Source: an uncultured Eubacteriales bacterium
GTDB lineage: Bacteria; Bacillota; Clostridia; Oscillospirales; CAG-272
DNA: 64,000 bases
Assembly: GCA_934373635.1 (NCBI GenBank)
Contig: CAKROZ010000002.1
Coordinates: 123,540-187,539 of the forward strand
Direction: 5' to 3'
Position numbers and translations under genes: made by a program. The notes below the pieces were generated by a model. That model made no database searches. It worked only from the letters and a program-made list of their open reading frames with translations, and was not told where the DNA came from. Positions 53,147-62,450 of this stretch are shown here, piece by piece. The first letter of the stretch is position 1, and each line of letters begins with the position of its first letter.

Positions 53147-56100
53147 TTACAGGTCGGAGGGGGCAATCGGCTTGCCTGCTTTAACATAATCTTCCGCCGA
53201 GGCGGCGTAGGCGTAGAGTCTCGCGGCGAAGTCGGGGATGAAGTCCGCCTTGATACCTACGACGTAGGTATCGAGATCGTAGGAGCCTTTGGCAATGACG
53301 GTCGAACCGTCGGTATCCTTCGCGGTCAGGGTGAGGGGCTTTCTCATATCGGCAACCGACATGGTGACGAGGATGTACGCGTCACCGCCTTCGGTATAGT
53401 TGAAGTTATGGGAGACTTCCTTTCCGCTGTTGTCCGTATAGGAGACCGTCAGTATGCCGCGGAAGTCACTCTTGACACGGAAGGCGAAGGCGGGCGTGTC
53501 GTCAAGGCTCAGGCTCGCGCCGAAGAGGACCTTCGAGAGCGTGCCGAGATCTGCTACCTGTTCGCTGTAGTCCGGCGTTGAGGGCGTTCTGCCTTCGAGG
53601 AGGGCATCCACTCTCGCGGTGTCGCGATCTGCGGCAGGGGTGAAGTAGCAATATGCCGCGCGGATGTAGGCGAGCATATCTACGACGAGCTGTTCCGTCT
53701 CTTTGCTCGGGTCACCCGCGAGGAGCTTCTCCGCGTAAGCACAGACGGAAAGCGTCATGGTCTTCTCATACTCCGTTCCGTCACTCGACTTCGCGGAAAT
53801 CACAAGGGAAATGTCGTTTGCCGCGTCCCTCGGGGTCATATCGGCGTAAGAAATCACGTAGTAGGACTTGCCGTCGCTCAGGGTAACGGTACTGTCGAGC
53901 GTGTATTCCTTGCCACCGAGCGTGACACCCGTAATCACCGTTGCATCCGCGGGGATGTACAGGTTGTAGGTGAAGTTTGCGGTGAGGGTAAGATTCTCCT
54001 TCATGGGAAGCAGGAAGACGAAAGTCGGAGATATCGCAACGTCACCCGTCAGAGGCGTATCGTACCGGTAAATGCCCGTGATGTACTTATCACCCGTCGG
54101 GATCTCGGTATCGTTCGTCGGGATCTCGCCCTTCTTCCAGAGCTCCTTCGTCTCGCTTGTACCGTTCTTCCACGTGACGGTCGCGGTATCCGCGCTCGCG
54201 CAGGTCTCATAGAGAAGTGTGCCGCGATAGGTAGTGTTGAAAATGGTGATCGCCATTTCGGTAGGAGCAACGCGAGCGTAGACCAAATCGTCGGAGGCAA
54301 AGGTCGTGTTGGCAACCTTCGCATCGGTCACGAAGCGACAACCCGCCCCGAAGGTAACGGGAAACTGAGCATGTACGTTGAATTTGCCTGTTTCCGCGAA
54401 GATCAGGGTGTTCTCGATGGTTGCGGTACCCGAGCTTGCCGTTTCGTTGTCCTTATGGTACTCGTCTGTAAGAGCAAAACCGCCTTTGATGTAGATCTCA
54501 CTGTTCTTGATGGTTGCCGTGAAGCCGTTGCCAGAACGTGCGCCGAGGATGGCCTTGACTTCCGACGCGATAAAGCAATTGTCAATTGTCAGTTTTCCGA
54601 TGCTGTGCTTGAATTGGAAGAGACCGGTGTTATCGCTGACATCGGCAAGGTAGGTAATGTTCGAGAAGTACGCCGTACCGTTCAGTACAAGAATTGCACA
54701 CGTGCCCGACAGACGGAAATTCTCCCTGTCGTAGACGGTACCCTTGGCGTCCGTACCGACTTTCAGCGTGGAATTCTCCGACACCATCATCGCAAATCCG
54801 CCCGTATTGGAGCGAAGGTATGCGCCGGGCTTCGAGGAATAGACATACGCGGTCTTGCCGGATGCCACATCGATCAGGTTGCCGCGGCCTTCGACCTTGG
54901 TCGAGGTGGTGTAGGTGTGTCCGTTGATGTCAAGCTCGATACCGTTGCCGTTGAGGTAAAGCTCCGCATTCGGGATGTCGTAGTCGGTGTGCATGATGAC
55001 ACGGGAGGCATCGGTGATGGCTTCCACAGCCTTCTTAAAGGTTGCGAAGTCGGTCTCGGTGTACGCCTCGATCTTTCCGTCGGGGCGAATGACGACAAAA
55101 GACATTCTGACACGATTCACACGCGCGGTCGCTACGATGCCGGCGCCCGCCATGTAATCTTCTACCGCGAGGTTCGTAATGATGCCGCCGTTCATGACGT
55201 AGATCCACTCGCCGTTCGGGATGAAGGCATAGCGATCGTCCGATGTGTCAATGCTTGCGAAAACCACCGGGTTCGCACAGGTGATCGTCGTACCGGGGAG
55301 CCAGTAATCCTTCGAGGACACGGCGCCGCTCTTCCACTCGACGGTGACAACATCGGTCAGCTTCGCCGTGCGGTATGCTACGGTGTAGGTATGCGTCTTG
55401 CCGTTTCCGTCGGTGAAGGTCACCGTCGGTGCGTGAGCCACGCAGAGCTCGTTCCCTGTCGTAAAGCCGGAGGGCATATGAGTGAGTGAAACATTGCCCG
55501 AAAGGTTCAGGATAAAGCTACCCGCTTTTCCTACCGCGGCACCGTAAACAAGGGAGTCGGAGATATTCAGGCTACCCGTGCCCTCATCCGTGCCGACAAA
55601 GGAAGCGTCCATGCTGAGGTAAATTTTACATTTCGATGCCGTCAAATTGCCTGTGCACTCAGACTTCACGTTCATTACGCATCCGTTTGTAAAAATCGTC
55701 GCGTTCTCTAATGTGATATTGACAGAGCCGTAATCATTCATCGCGGTTATCGCACTTTTTACGTAGTAGATCCCACCGTCAACATGAAGATTGTACGTGT
55801 ATATCGTCCCCTGTGACTTGCCATTGTCATAGAGGCGTGCAGCGTATATCGTCAGGTTGTCACCGACGTAAATGTTACCGTCGAGTGCCTTAACGGTACC
55901 GATGTACACGTGACTGCCCCCGCGACTGTAGTTTAGAATGAGATTACCGTCAGCATTAATTGCGGCGCCCTTTTTGCTTGAATAGATATAATAACTTTTC
56001 GTTCCTTTGAAGCTATAAAAATAATTTGACGTCGTTATACTATGTCCGTTTAAATCGATATATATATCGACAACATTTTCTTTATTGCTGGTATTGATGC

Positions 56101-59100
56101 CGACCGTGCCCGTCATATTCCTGCAAAAAGTAACAGTGATTCTCCCGTTTGCTTTGTTGGCGCCCAGTATCTCCAATCGTTTCCCGATTTCAGAAAAGCT
56201 CTCCGAACAGATATACTCTACCGTAGAGAAATAGGAAATGGTAGCGTAAACTTCTTTCTCTCTTTCCCCGATATGGTTCGCCTCGGCATAGATGGTAGCG
56301 CCCTTCAGAGAATCGGGAATCGCATCGAATGTGAGAAGATTACCTTTCGCATCCTTAAAAATCCATTTATCGTCCGTCGAAAAAAGCCAACCTTCAATGA
56401 CAAGCCCATTGCGCGTTGGGACAGTGCCTACAAGCCACTTGCCAATCGTTCCATCCTGCCAGATGACAGTAACAAAATTTCTTTCGAATTCGGTATAGAT
56501 GCTTGAGGTAGCGTCAATAGTCTTACCGAGGAATTTCGTCAGTTCTTCCGAAGGAACGAAATGCGTGGTTTTTGTCATGGTTATCAAACCATCGACAAGT
56601 TTTGTATTCGACGAACCGATTGCGGGAATCAGGCACCCTTCACCGATGACAATGCGTCCCTTCGCACCGGCGACGTTGACGTTACCGTCGTACACTTCGG
56701 TATTTGTCATATAAACCGTGCCCGAAGGGTCGGCACCTGTGGCACCCGGATCTTTTGTTACGAAACTTGCTCCTTTTCCGCCCATATGAATACGGCAATT
56801 CTTTATATGGATTTCCGCACCGTTTGCATTCTGGAAAGAGATAAAGGAACGTGTTGTGTAAATTTCCGCGTTAAGAATTCTGAAATCCTTCAGCCCGGTT
56901 CGTGTAATAATTGGCGCCTTAAAGTCGTTGAGGGTAGCGAAATAATGACCGCCGTCAATCGTAACGGGGTAGTCAAATTCCGAATTGATCAGACAACCAC
57001 CCGACATAGTGAGATTTTCGCCCTTAAAAGTTTTGTCCAGCGTCGGATTATAAACGGTACCGAGGATAAGTTCGCCTTTCATCTTATCAAAGATGGCCGG
57101 AGTTGTTTTATCTTTGGCTGCGTAGCTCTGTTCTTTCCCGTCAATGACAACGGGAACAATGCGCAAGTAACCGCCCTTCTTCGAGGAATAAAGGCGCGTG
57201 GTCGCGGTGATCTGGAATGGAGAATACTTTGCTACGTCGGCATTTCCGTTCGATGTGATTGTATGTCCGTTCAAATCAATGTAAACATTGCCGACACTGA
57301 TCGACGCCTCAACATAGTAATCACAAGCGAAAACAAAGGTTGTGTCATTCCTGGCACCCGTAAGAGCAGCAGGAATCTGTGATTCTTCTTTCAAAACGGT
57401 GACCTTCCCGTCCCTGCTATACAAGTATGCGCAATAGTCCCTCACCGTCTCGCTCTCCGGATAAACATCAAAATGTCTATCGATGTCTGCGGCAGTAACC
57501 TTTGTCAGCGGGATGCCGTGGATGCGGTCACGCACCCATTCCTTAAAGATGTGAAGTGTGCCGTCCGATAATTCCACCGCTGCCGTAAATCCAATGCCCG
57601 GGGAGGGCATCGAGCCATAGAGGGCAGGAACGTCTTTCACAAGGACGGTACCATCCAAGTTATAGAAGGTGTAGTATGCCTTTCTGACCGTTCTCGTGAA
57701 GACGTAAGTGCCGTTGCCCTTATCCTCCGCATCAAACCCCTCATGAGTGAAATCGCCGGTAAATCCGTTCATGACAAGGGTCATCGGACGATCAATGACA
57801 AGCACATTCGTAAGGTTTCGAAGAAGTTCTAAGGTCCCGCCCTCCCGAAGTACTGCGAGTGCCTCGGTGACACTGCCATACTCGACACCGTTCACGCGAG
57901 CCGCGGGCGACTTCGGAAGCTCATACTCAGTGCTCCACATAACGTCACGGTACATCTTCTGATTGAGATTGGTCATCTGATTGTCAAAGAGCTCGGAGAG
58001 AGAACCGTTATACGCCTTATCAAAAGTCTGAAGGGTGACGTTATCAAAGCAGAGCGTCGCGCCCTCGGGATTATTGCTCGCGGGAATGAAGCGGTAATCG
58101 TCGATCTTGACAATCGAAGGATTTCTTATCTCATTCCAGTAGTTTTGGCTCAGCGTAACGATACGTTCCCCGTTGATGAAGAGAGCGGTAGACAAATCGG
58201 TACCCGTTTTCCCCCTTGATTGTGACACGAGGGTGACATGCGCCCATTCTCCCGCGCCAAATTCAACGGATCTGCCACCCATAGAGAGTACCATTTTTCC
58301 GTTCTTGCGTGCAACGGTAAGAAGCGTTGAATAATAAGAGTTACCACCACTGTTTCTGCCAATCTGGTTGAATGATCCTTCCGCAACCACGTCCTCAAAA
58401 GAAATGTCGAATTCAACGGCAAAGTAAGAAAGGTTCTCGAGCATCGACTGACCGAACGGCATCGACATGTAACCTCCGGATCCTTTAGGATTGGAGTTGC
58501 CGGACGCATCAAGTGTAGCATAGTAACGATAATAGCCGTTGCCGTTCGCAAAAGCAATTCCTGACTTGCCGTAAGTTGCATCAGCCCCGCCCGGATGAGA
58601 CATTCCGTCGCTTTCGCAGTCGTTCGAATAAACAATTTTTCCTGTAGTTGGCGCTTTTTTCTCTACATACGAGGGGTAAAGGTCAAAATGAGAATAGATC
58701 TCTCCCGCAGTAACGGCAGTCAGGGGAGATTCACCAAACACCAGCCATTCCTTGAAAACATGATACCCGTTTGCATCATCAAAAACAAGCTGCAATCTCG
58801 TTCCCTCGTAAATCGGAAGGGCACCGATGGGAACGGGAATGTCCTCACCTTCCGGTTCACCGTAGGGACCGTCCGGGTAGAAGGTGAAATACGCAAAGCG
58901 ATCGGTCTTTCGGAAGGAATAAATGGTGTTTCCGTCCCGATCGAAGGTTGACAAAGCGAAATCCCCCGGCTTCCATGTGAATCTGTGGCCGTTGGCATTC
59001 ACGGTAACCGCACTCGTAATTGTCACGTTTGAGGCATCATCGTAAAGCTTTACCTCATAGCCGTCCTTCGCGGCATCAAACGCCGCCTGTACGCTGTCAT

Positions 59101-59950
59101 AGGCGGTCTCATAGCCTGCAAGATTATAAACACCTGCACGCGTCCTGCCATAGGGGAATTTATAGCCTTTGTGATAGGCGACATCGTATTCCGCCTCCTC
59201 GAGAGAATGTTCGTTTCCGTCAAAAAGTCCCGTGAGGTTACCGTCATAATCTTTTCCGTAAATCGCCATCTTTACGTTGTCGATGCACACGGTCGCATCG
59301 CTTACGGCCTGTTTGAAAGACTGAATGCGGAAGCCGACAAGGTTCAGCGACCCTTTATAAAGCACGGACTTCTGTGTAAAAGCGAGCTTTCCGTTCACGT
59401 AAGTCAGAAGAACCGAATTATCCTCTTCAACGACATTCTTATTGTCGACTTTACAATCGATCTGCAAAACGTATGTGATATGTACCCACGAATAGCTATC
59501 GCCGGGAATCTCGAAGGTTTCGTTCGTCGTTATGGCGGTAAGTTGTGCGATACCGTCCGCATTAGACGAAACGGACATGGTATGAGTTCCCCTTGCCGAA
59601 CCACCCTCGCCACGCGTCATAAAGTATAGGTTTGTTCCCTTCCCCGACTCGTAGGTCGTTTCGGTCATCAGGTCGAAGTCAAGCGTCAAATATGCCCACG
59701 TACCATCGAACGCGTCACCCTGCGTTGCTCCGAAGTCATAGTAATTACGCGACGCCGTATAGATGTACGACAAGTAAGAGTTCCCGTCCATTTCGTTGGT
59801 ATGAATTCTGCCGGATGCCGTTTCGCCGGTGTCACAATTGTCATCTATCAGGATTTTCTTTGAGTAATCTGCCGACGAAGCCACCGCAAAGACGCCGCAA
59901 AGCATCGCGAGGACAAGAAACAATATCACAAGTTTGCCCGTTTTTTTCAT
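53147..59950 (-). CDS. 2267-aa secreted modular protein (2x LamG/jelly-roll-like modules, Listeria-Bacteroides-repeat-like units, 3x right-handed beta-helix-like modules, unknown C-terminal region)
   Basis: The signal peptide is MKKTGKLVILFLVLAMLCGVFAVASSA, preceded by GAGGAG. Duplicated N-terminal modules end in CIDNVKMAIYGKDYDGNLTGLFDG and CFDNVTLQTFDKAYNGSLSELFDN. Three modules open with VYIDLNGHTIT (~57286), IYIDLNGHSIT (~56072) and IELDINGHTYT (~54950). I see no LPXTG, SLH or choline-binding motif. Confidence 0.8.
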   Translation of the reverse strand: MKKTGKLVILFLVLAMLCGVFAVASSADYSKKILIDDNCDTGETASGRIHTNEMDGNSYLSYIYTASRNYYDFGATQGDAFDGTWAYLTLDFDLMTETTYESGKGTNLYFMTRGEGGSARGTHTMSVSSNADGIAQLTAITTNETFEIPGDSYSWVHITYVLQIDCKVDNKNVVEEDNSVLLTYVNGKLAFTQKSVLYKGSLNLVGFRIQSFKQAVSDATVCIDNVKMAIYGKDYDGNLTGLFDGNEHSLEEAEYDVAYHKGYKFPYGRTRAGVYNLAGYETAYDSVQAAFDAAKDGYEVKLYDDASNVTITSAVTVNANGHRFTWKPGDFALSTFDRDGNTIYSFRKTDRFAYFTFYPDGPYGEPEGEDIPVPIGALPIYEGTRLQLVFDDANGYHVFKEWLVFGESPLTAVTAGEIYSHFDLYPSYVEKKAPTTGKIVYSNDCESDGMSHPGGADATYGKSGIAFANGNGYYRYYATLDASGNSNPKGSGGYMSMPFGQSMLENLSYFAVEFDISFEDVVAEGSFNQIGRNSGGNSYYSTLLTVARKNGKMVLSMGGRSVEFGAGEWAHVTLVSQSRGKTGTDLSTALFINGERIVTLSQNYWNEIRNPSIVKIDDYRFIPASNNPEGATLCFDNVTLQTFDKAYNGSLSELFDNQMTNLNQKMYRDVMWSTEYELPKSPAARVNGVEYGSVTEALAVLREGGTLELLRNLTNVLVIDRPMTLVMNGFTGDFTHEGFDAEDKGNGTYVFTRTVRKAYYTFYNLDGTVLVKDVPALYGSMPSPGIGFTAAVELSDGTLHIFKEWVRDRIHGIPLTKVTAADIDRHFDVYPESETVRDYCAYLYSRDGKVTVLKEESQIPAALTGARNDTTFVFACDYYVEASISVGNVYIDLNGHTITSNGNADVAKYSPFQITATTRLYSSKKGGYLRIVPVVIDGKEQSYAAKDKTTPAIFDKMKGELILGTVYNPTLDKTFKGENLTMSGGCLINSEFDYPVTIDGGHYFATLNDFKAPIITRTGLKDFRILNAEIYTTRSFISFQNANGAEIHIKNCRIHMGGKGASFVTKDPGATGADPSGTVYMTNTEVYDGNVNVAGAKGRIVIGEGCLIPAIGSSNTKLVDGLITMTKTTHFVPSEELTKFLGKTIDATSSIYTEFERNFVTVIWQDGTIGKWLVGTVPTRNGLVIEGWLFSTDDKWIFKDAKGNLLTFDAIPDSLKGATIYAEANHIGEREKEVYATISYFSTVEYICSESFSEIGKRLEILGANKANGRITVTFCRNMTGTVGINTSNKENVVDIYIDLNGHSITTSNYFYSFKGTKSYYIYSSKKGAAINADGNLILNYSRGGSHVYIGTVKALDGNIYVGDNLTIYAARLYDNGKSQGTIYTYNLHVDGGIYYVKSAITAMNDYGSVNITLENATIFTNGCVMNVKSECTGNLTASKCKIYLSMDASFVGTDEGTGSLNISDSLVYGAAVGKAGSFILNLSGNVSLTHMPSGFTTGNELCVAHAPTVTFTDGNGKTHTYTVAYRTAKLTDVVTVEWKSGAVSSKDYWLPGTTITCANPVVFASIDTSDDRYAFIPNGEWIYVMNGGIITNLAVEDYMAGAGIVATARVNRVRMSFVVIRPDGKIEAYTETDFATFKKAVEAITDASRVIMHTDYDIPNAELYLNGNGIELDINGHTYTTSTKVEGRGNLIDVASGKTAYVYSSKPGAYLRSNTGGFAMMVSENSTLKVGTDAKGTVYDRENFRLSGTCAILVLNGTAYFSNITYLADVSDNTGLFQFKHSIGKLTIDNCFIASEVKAILGARSGNGFTATIKNSEIYIKGGFALTDEYHKDNETASSGTATIENTLIFAETGKFNVHAQFPVTFGAGCRFVTDAKVANTTFASDDLVYARVAPTEMAITIFNTTYRGTLLYETCASADTATVTWKNGTSETKELWKKGEIPTNDTEIPTGDKYITGIYRYDTPLTGDVAISPTFVFLLPMKENLTLTANFTYNLYIPADATVITGVTLGGKEYTLDSTVTLSDGKSYYVISYADMTPRDAANDISLVISAKSSDGTEYEKTMTLSVCAYAEKLLAGDPSKETEQLVVDMLAYIRAAYCYFTPAADRDTARVDALLEGRTPSTPDYSEQVADLGTLSKVLFGASLSLDDTPAFAFRVKSDFRGILTVSYTDNSGKEVSHNFNYTEGGDAYILVTMSVADMRKPLTLTAKDTDGSTVIAKGSYDLDTYVVGIKADFIPDFAARLYAYAASAEDYVKAGKPIAPSDL

Positions 59951-60131
59951 AAATCTCTCCTCTTCATAGAAAAATTCATCTATTTGCCCTATTTGCCACC
60001 GTACCGAAGACGTCTTCTTCGAGAAAGCGGCAGACTTATAGTTTTATATATATTATAGCAGATATAAAAAGAAAATTCCATAGGCAAAAGGACGATTTTC
60101 GCTCGCGTTTTATATGCAAAATATACAAAAG

Positions 60132-60152
60132 AAGAATTATGAATTAAGAATT
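60132..60152 (+). repeat. AT-rich heptamer array, copy d (AAGAATT ATGAATT AAGAATT); left arm of a 20-bp inverted repeat
   Basis: Read directly. Positions 60133-60152 are the exact reverse complement of 60327-60346. Confidence 0.8.
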
Positions 60153-60326
60153 GGTGCGGGGCTATGCGAGAGTTTACGGACGAGGGGTCGGCTTTTTTCA
60201 GGTTCACTTTGCAAAGAAAAAAAAAGAGCGTCGCTTTCGCTTCGCTCTTTTTTCGCTATTTTGTGAGGGGTCGGAGAATTCTTTCGAAGCCTTCTCGGCT
60301 TTCGAGCGGCGCAATGTCTCGCGCCA

Positions 60327-60361
60327 AATTCTTAATTCATAATTCTGAATTCTGAATTATC
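60327..60361 (-). repeat. AT-rich heptamer array, copy e (inverted orientation; five units), right arm of the inverted repeat
   Basis: The plus strand reads AATTCTT AATTCAT AATTCTG AATTCTG AATTATC. The array ends 4 nt from the GH88 stop codon. Confidence 0.8.
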
Positions 60362-60364
60362 CCC

Positions 60365-61528
60365 TTACCAGATGAAGAAAGTCTCTCCGAGGAGCTTCAG
60401 AATGGCTTCGGTATAAAAGAAGTCGGCGTAGATAAGGTTCACGTGCACGCCCGCTTTTTCTTCCGACATGCCGGCCGGATAACGAATCGTACCATAACGA
60501 AGAACGCAATCGTTTGCAACGTCAAAGTTTGCAAAGCGATCGGTCATGGCGTGAAGGAGGTTCAATGCGGCGTGCATGTACATGCCGCCCTCGCCCTCGG
60601 GAAGGAGTCTCGCGAGCTCGAGCAGACCGCAGGCGGCGCAGGCGCCCGCCGTGGAGTCGTAATAGACGGGTTCTGCAGGAGCACGGAAGTCGACGCGGGG
60701 GAGCCAATCGTCACAGCAGTTCGCGATGAAGTAATGGGCAACGCGCTTCGCGGTATCGAGGTACTTCTCTTCCCCGGTATGGATGTAAGAGATGACGAAG
60801 CCGTAGAGCGCCCATGCCTGGCCACGCGACCACGAGGAACCGACAGCGCATCCCTGTCCGCCATAGGTGGCGACAACATCGCCCGTGTCTCTGTCATGTT
60901 CTACGATATGAACAACCGAACCGTCCGGACGGATATGCGTGCGCATCGCGTTATCGGCATGTGCCATGGCAATGCGCTTGAAGCGGTCGTCCTGAATTTC
61001 CTCGGAAGCAAAATAGAGAAGCGGGAGGTTCATCATGCAGTCGATGATCGTCCAGTTCTCGGTTTTTTTGTCTCCGAAATCCCATGCGCGGATATAGTCG
61101 CCGCCAAGAACGAAACGGGAAGCGAGGGTTGCCGCCGCGAACATTTCACGAGTACGAGAAGCCTTGTCTCCGGTCAGACGATAGGAAGCGCCCGACATGA
61201 GATGCCAAAGGAAGCCGACGTCATGATTCAAGCGATTATACTGTGCGAGGGCAACGTCCATCTTCTCTTCAATACGACGCGCGGTTTTCAAGTATTCTTC
61301 GTTCTTCGTATGGTTGTAGAGCATGTAGTTCATGCCGGCATAAAAGCCTGCCGTCCAGTCGTTCGGATAGGTCTCCGTCACGTCGTTATGGATTCCGTTC
61401 TCATCGGCAACAGTGGGAATCTTGTCGCGGGAGCGGACTGCCGTGGCGGCGAATTTTTTGTCAAGTTTTTCGAATATGTCTTTTGCCCACGCGGCGTTTT
61501 CATTCAAAAGCTGCTGATAATTTTTCAT
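60365..61528 (-). CDS. Glycoside hydrolase family 88 (unsaturated glucuronyl/rhamnogalacturonyl hydrolase)
   Basis: ATG 61528 follows AAAGGA. DWTAGFYAGM, HDVGFLW and SRGQAWALYGF are GH88 motifs. The 523-aa track ORF extends spuriously into kduD. Confidence 0.8.
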   Translation of the reverse strand: MKNYQQLLNENAAWAKDIFEKLDKKFAATAVRSRDKIPTVADENGIHNDVTETYPNDWTAGFYAGMNYMLYNHTKNEEYLKTARRIEEKMDVALAQYNRLNHDVGFLWHLMSGASYRLTGDKASRTREMFAAATLASRFVLGGDYIRAWDFGDKKTENWTIIDCMMNLPLLYFASEEIQDDRFKRIAMAHADNAMRTHIRPDGSVVHIVEHDRDTGDVVATYGGQGCAVGSSWSRGQAWALYGFVISYIHTGEEKYLDTAKRVAHYFIANCCDDWLPRVDFRAPAEPVYYDSTAGACAACGLLELARLLPEGEGGMYMHAALNLLHAMTDRFANFDVANDCVLRYGTIRYPAGMSEEKAGVHVNLIYADFFYTEAILKLLGETFFIW

Positions 61529-61610
61529 TGGGATTCCTTTCAAAATCATGTTTTTTGCATAGGGAAAGCCCCCCTCGTACAATGTATACGAGAGGGTATT
61601 TTCGATAATC

Positions 61611-62414
61611 TTACTTCGGTTGCTTGCCGATATAGGCGAGAATACCGCCGTCGACATAGAGGATTTGTCCGTTGACGAAATCCGACGCCTCGGAGGCAAG
61701 GAAGACGGCAGGTCCGCCGAGGTCGTCGGCGTCGCCCCATCTGCCCGCGGGGGTCTTCGACACAATGAAGCTGTCGAAGGGATGGCGGGAGCCATCGGGC
61801 TGTCTTTCGCGCAGGGGCGCGGTCTGGGGCGTTGCGATATAGCCCGGGCCGATGCCGTTGCACTGGATGTTGTACTCGCCGTACTCGGAGGCGATGTTAC
61901 GGGTGAGCATCTTGAGTCCGCCCTTTGCCGCGGCATAGGCGGAGACGGTCTCGCGTCCGAGCTCGCTCATCATGGAGCAGATATTGATAATCTTTCCGTG
62001 ACCCATTTTAATCATCGTGGGAATGACTGCCTTTGCGACAATGAAGGGGGCGTTCAGGTCAACGTCGATCACGGCGCGGAAGTCCGCCGCGCTCATCTCG
62101 ATCATGGGAATTCTCTTGATGATGCCCGCGTTGTTGACGAGGATGTCGATGTTTCCGACCTCACGCTCGATCTTCGCGACCATCTCGTTCACCGCGGTCT
62201 CGTCGGTGACGTCGCAGACGTAGCCCTTCGCGTCGATGCCCGCCTCTTTATACGAAGCGAGTCCGCGCTCGACGAATTCGGGTTTGATATCGTTGAAGAC
62301 GATCTTTGCGCCCGCGTTTGCCATCGCCTTCGCGATCGCGAAGCCGATGCCGTAGGAAGCGCCCGTGACGAGGGCGATCTTGCCCTCCAAACTAAAGCTC
62401 TGTTTGTTGCTCAT
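61611..62414 (-). CDS. kduD: 2-dehydro-3-deoxy-D-gluconate 5-dehydrogenase / gluconate 5-dehydrogenase (SDR)
   Basis: TGASYGIG, NNAG and YAAAKGG are SDR motifs, and the gene lies next to kduI. Confidence 0.75.
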   Translation of the reverse strand: MSNKQSFSLEGKIALVTGASYGIGFAIAKAMANAGAKIVFNDIKPEFVERGLASYKEAGIDAKGYVCDVTDETAVNEMVAKIEREVGNIDILVNNAGIIKRIPMIEMSAADFRAVIDVDLNAPFIVAKAVIPTMIKMGHGKIINICSMMSELGRETVSAYAAAKGGLKMLTRNIASEYGEYNIQCNGIGPGYIATPQTAPLRERQPDGSRHPFDSFIVSKTPAGRWGDADDLGGPAVFLASEASDFVNGQILYVDGGILAYIGKQPK

Positions 62415-62450
62415 GTTTCTATCTCCTTAGATTTTATTTTCGAAAAAGGG

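Noticed and set aside
51296-53147. A prophage or integrative element around the LexA-like repressor
   Set aside because: There is no integrase, recombinase, terminase, capsid or att-like direct repeat in the window. The flanks are the spoIIA operon and a chromosomal surface-protein gene. Only the switch-like regulatory module is reported.
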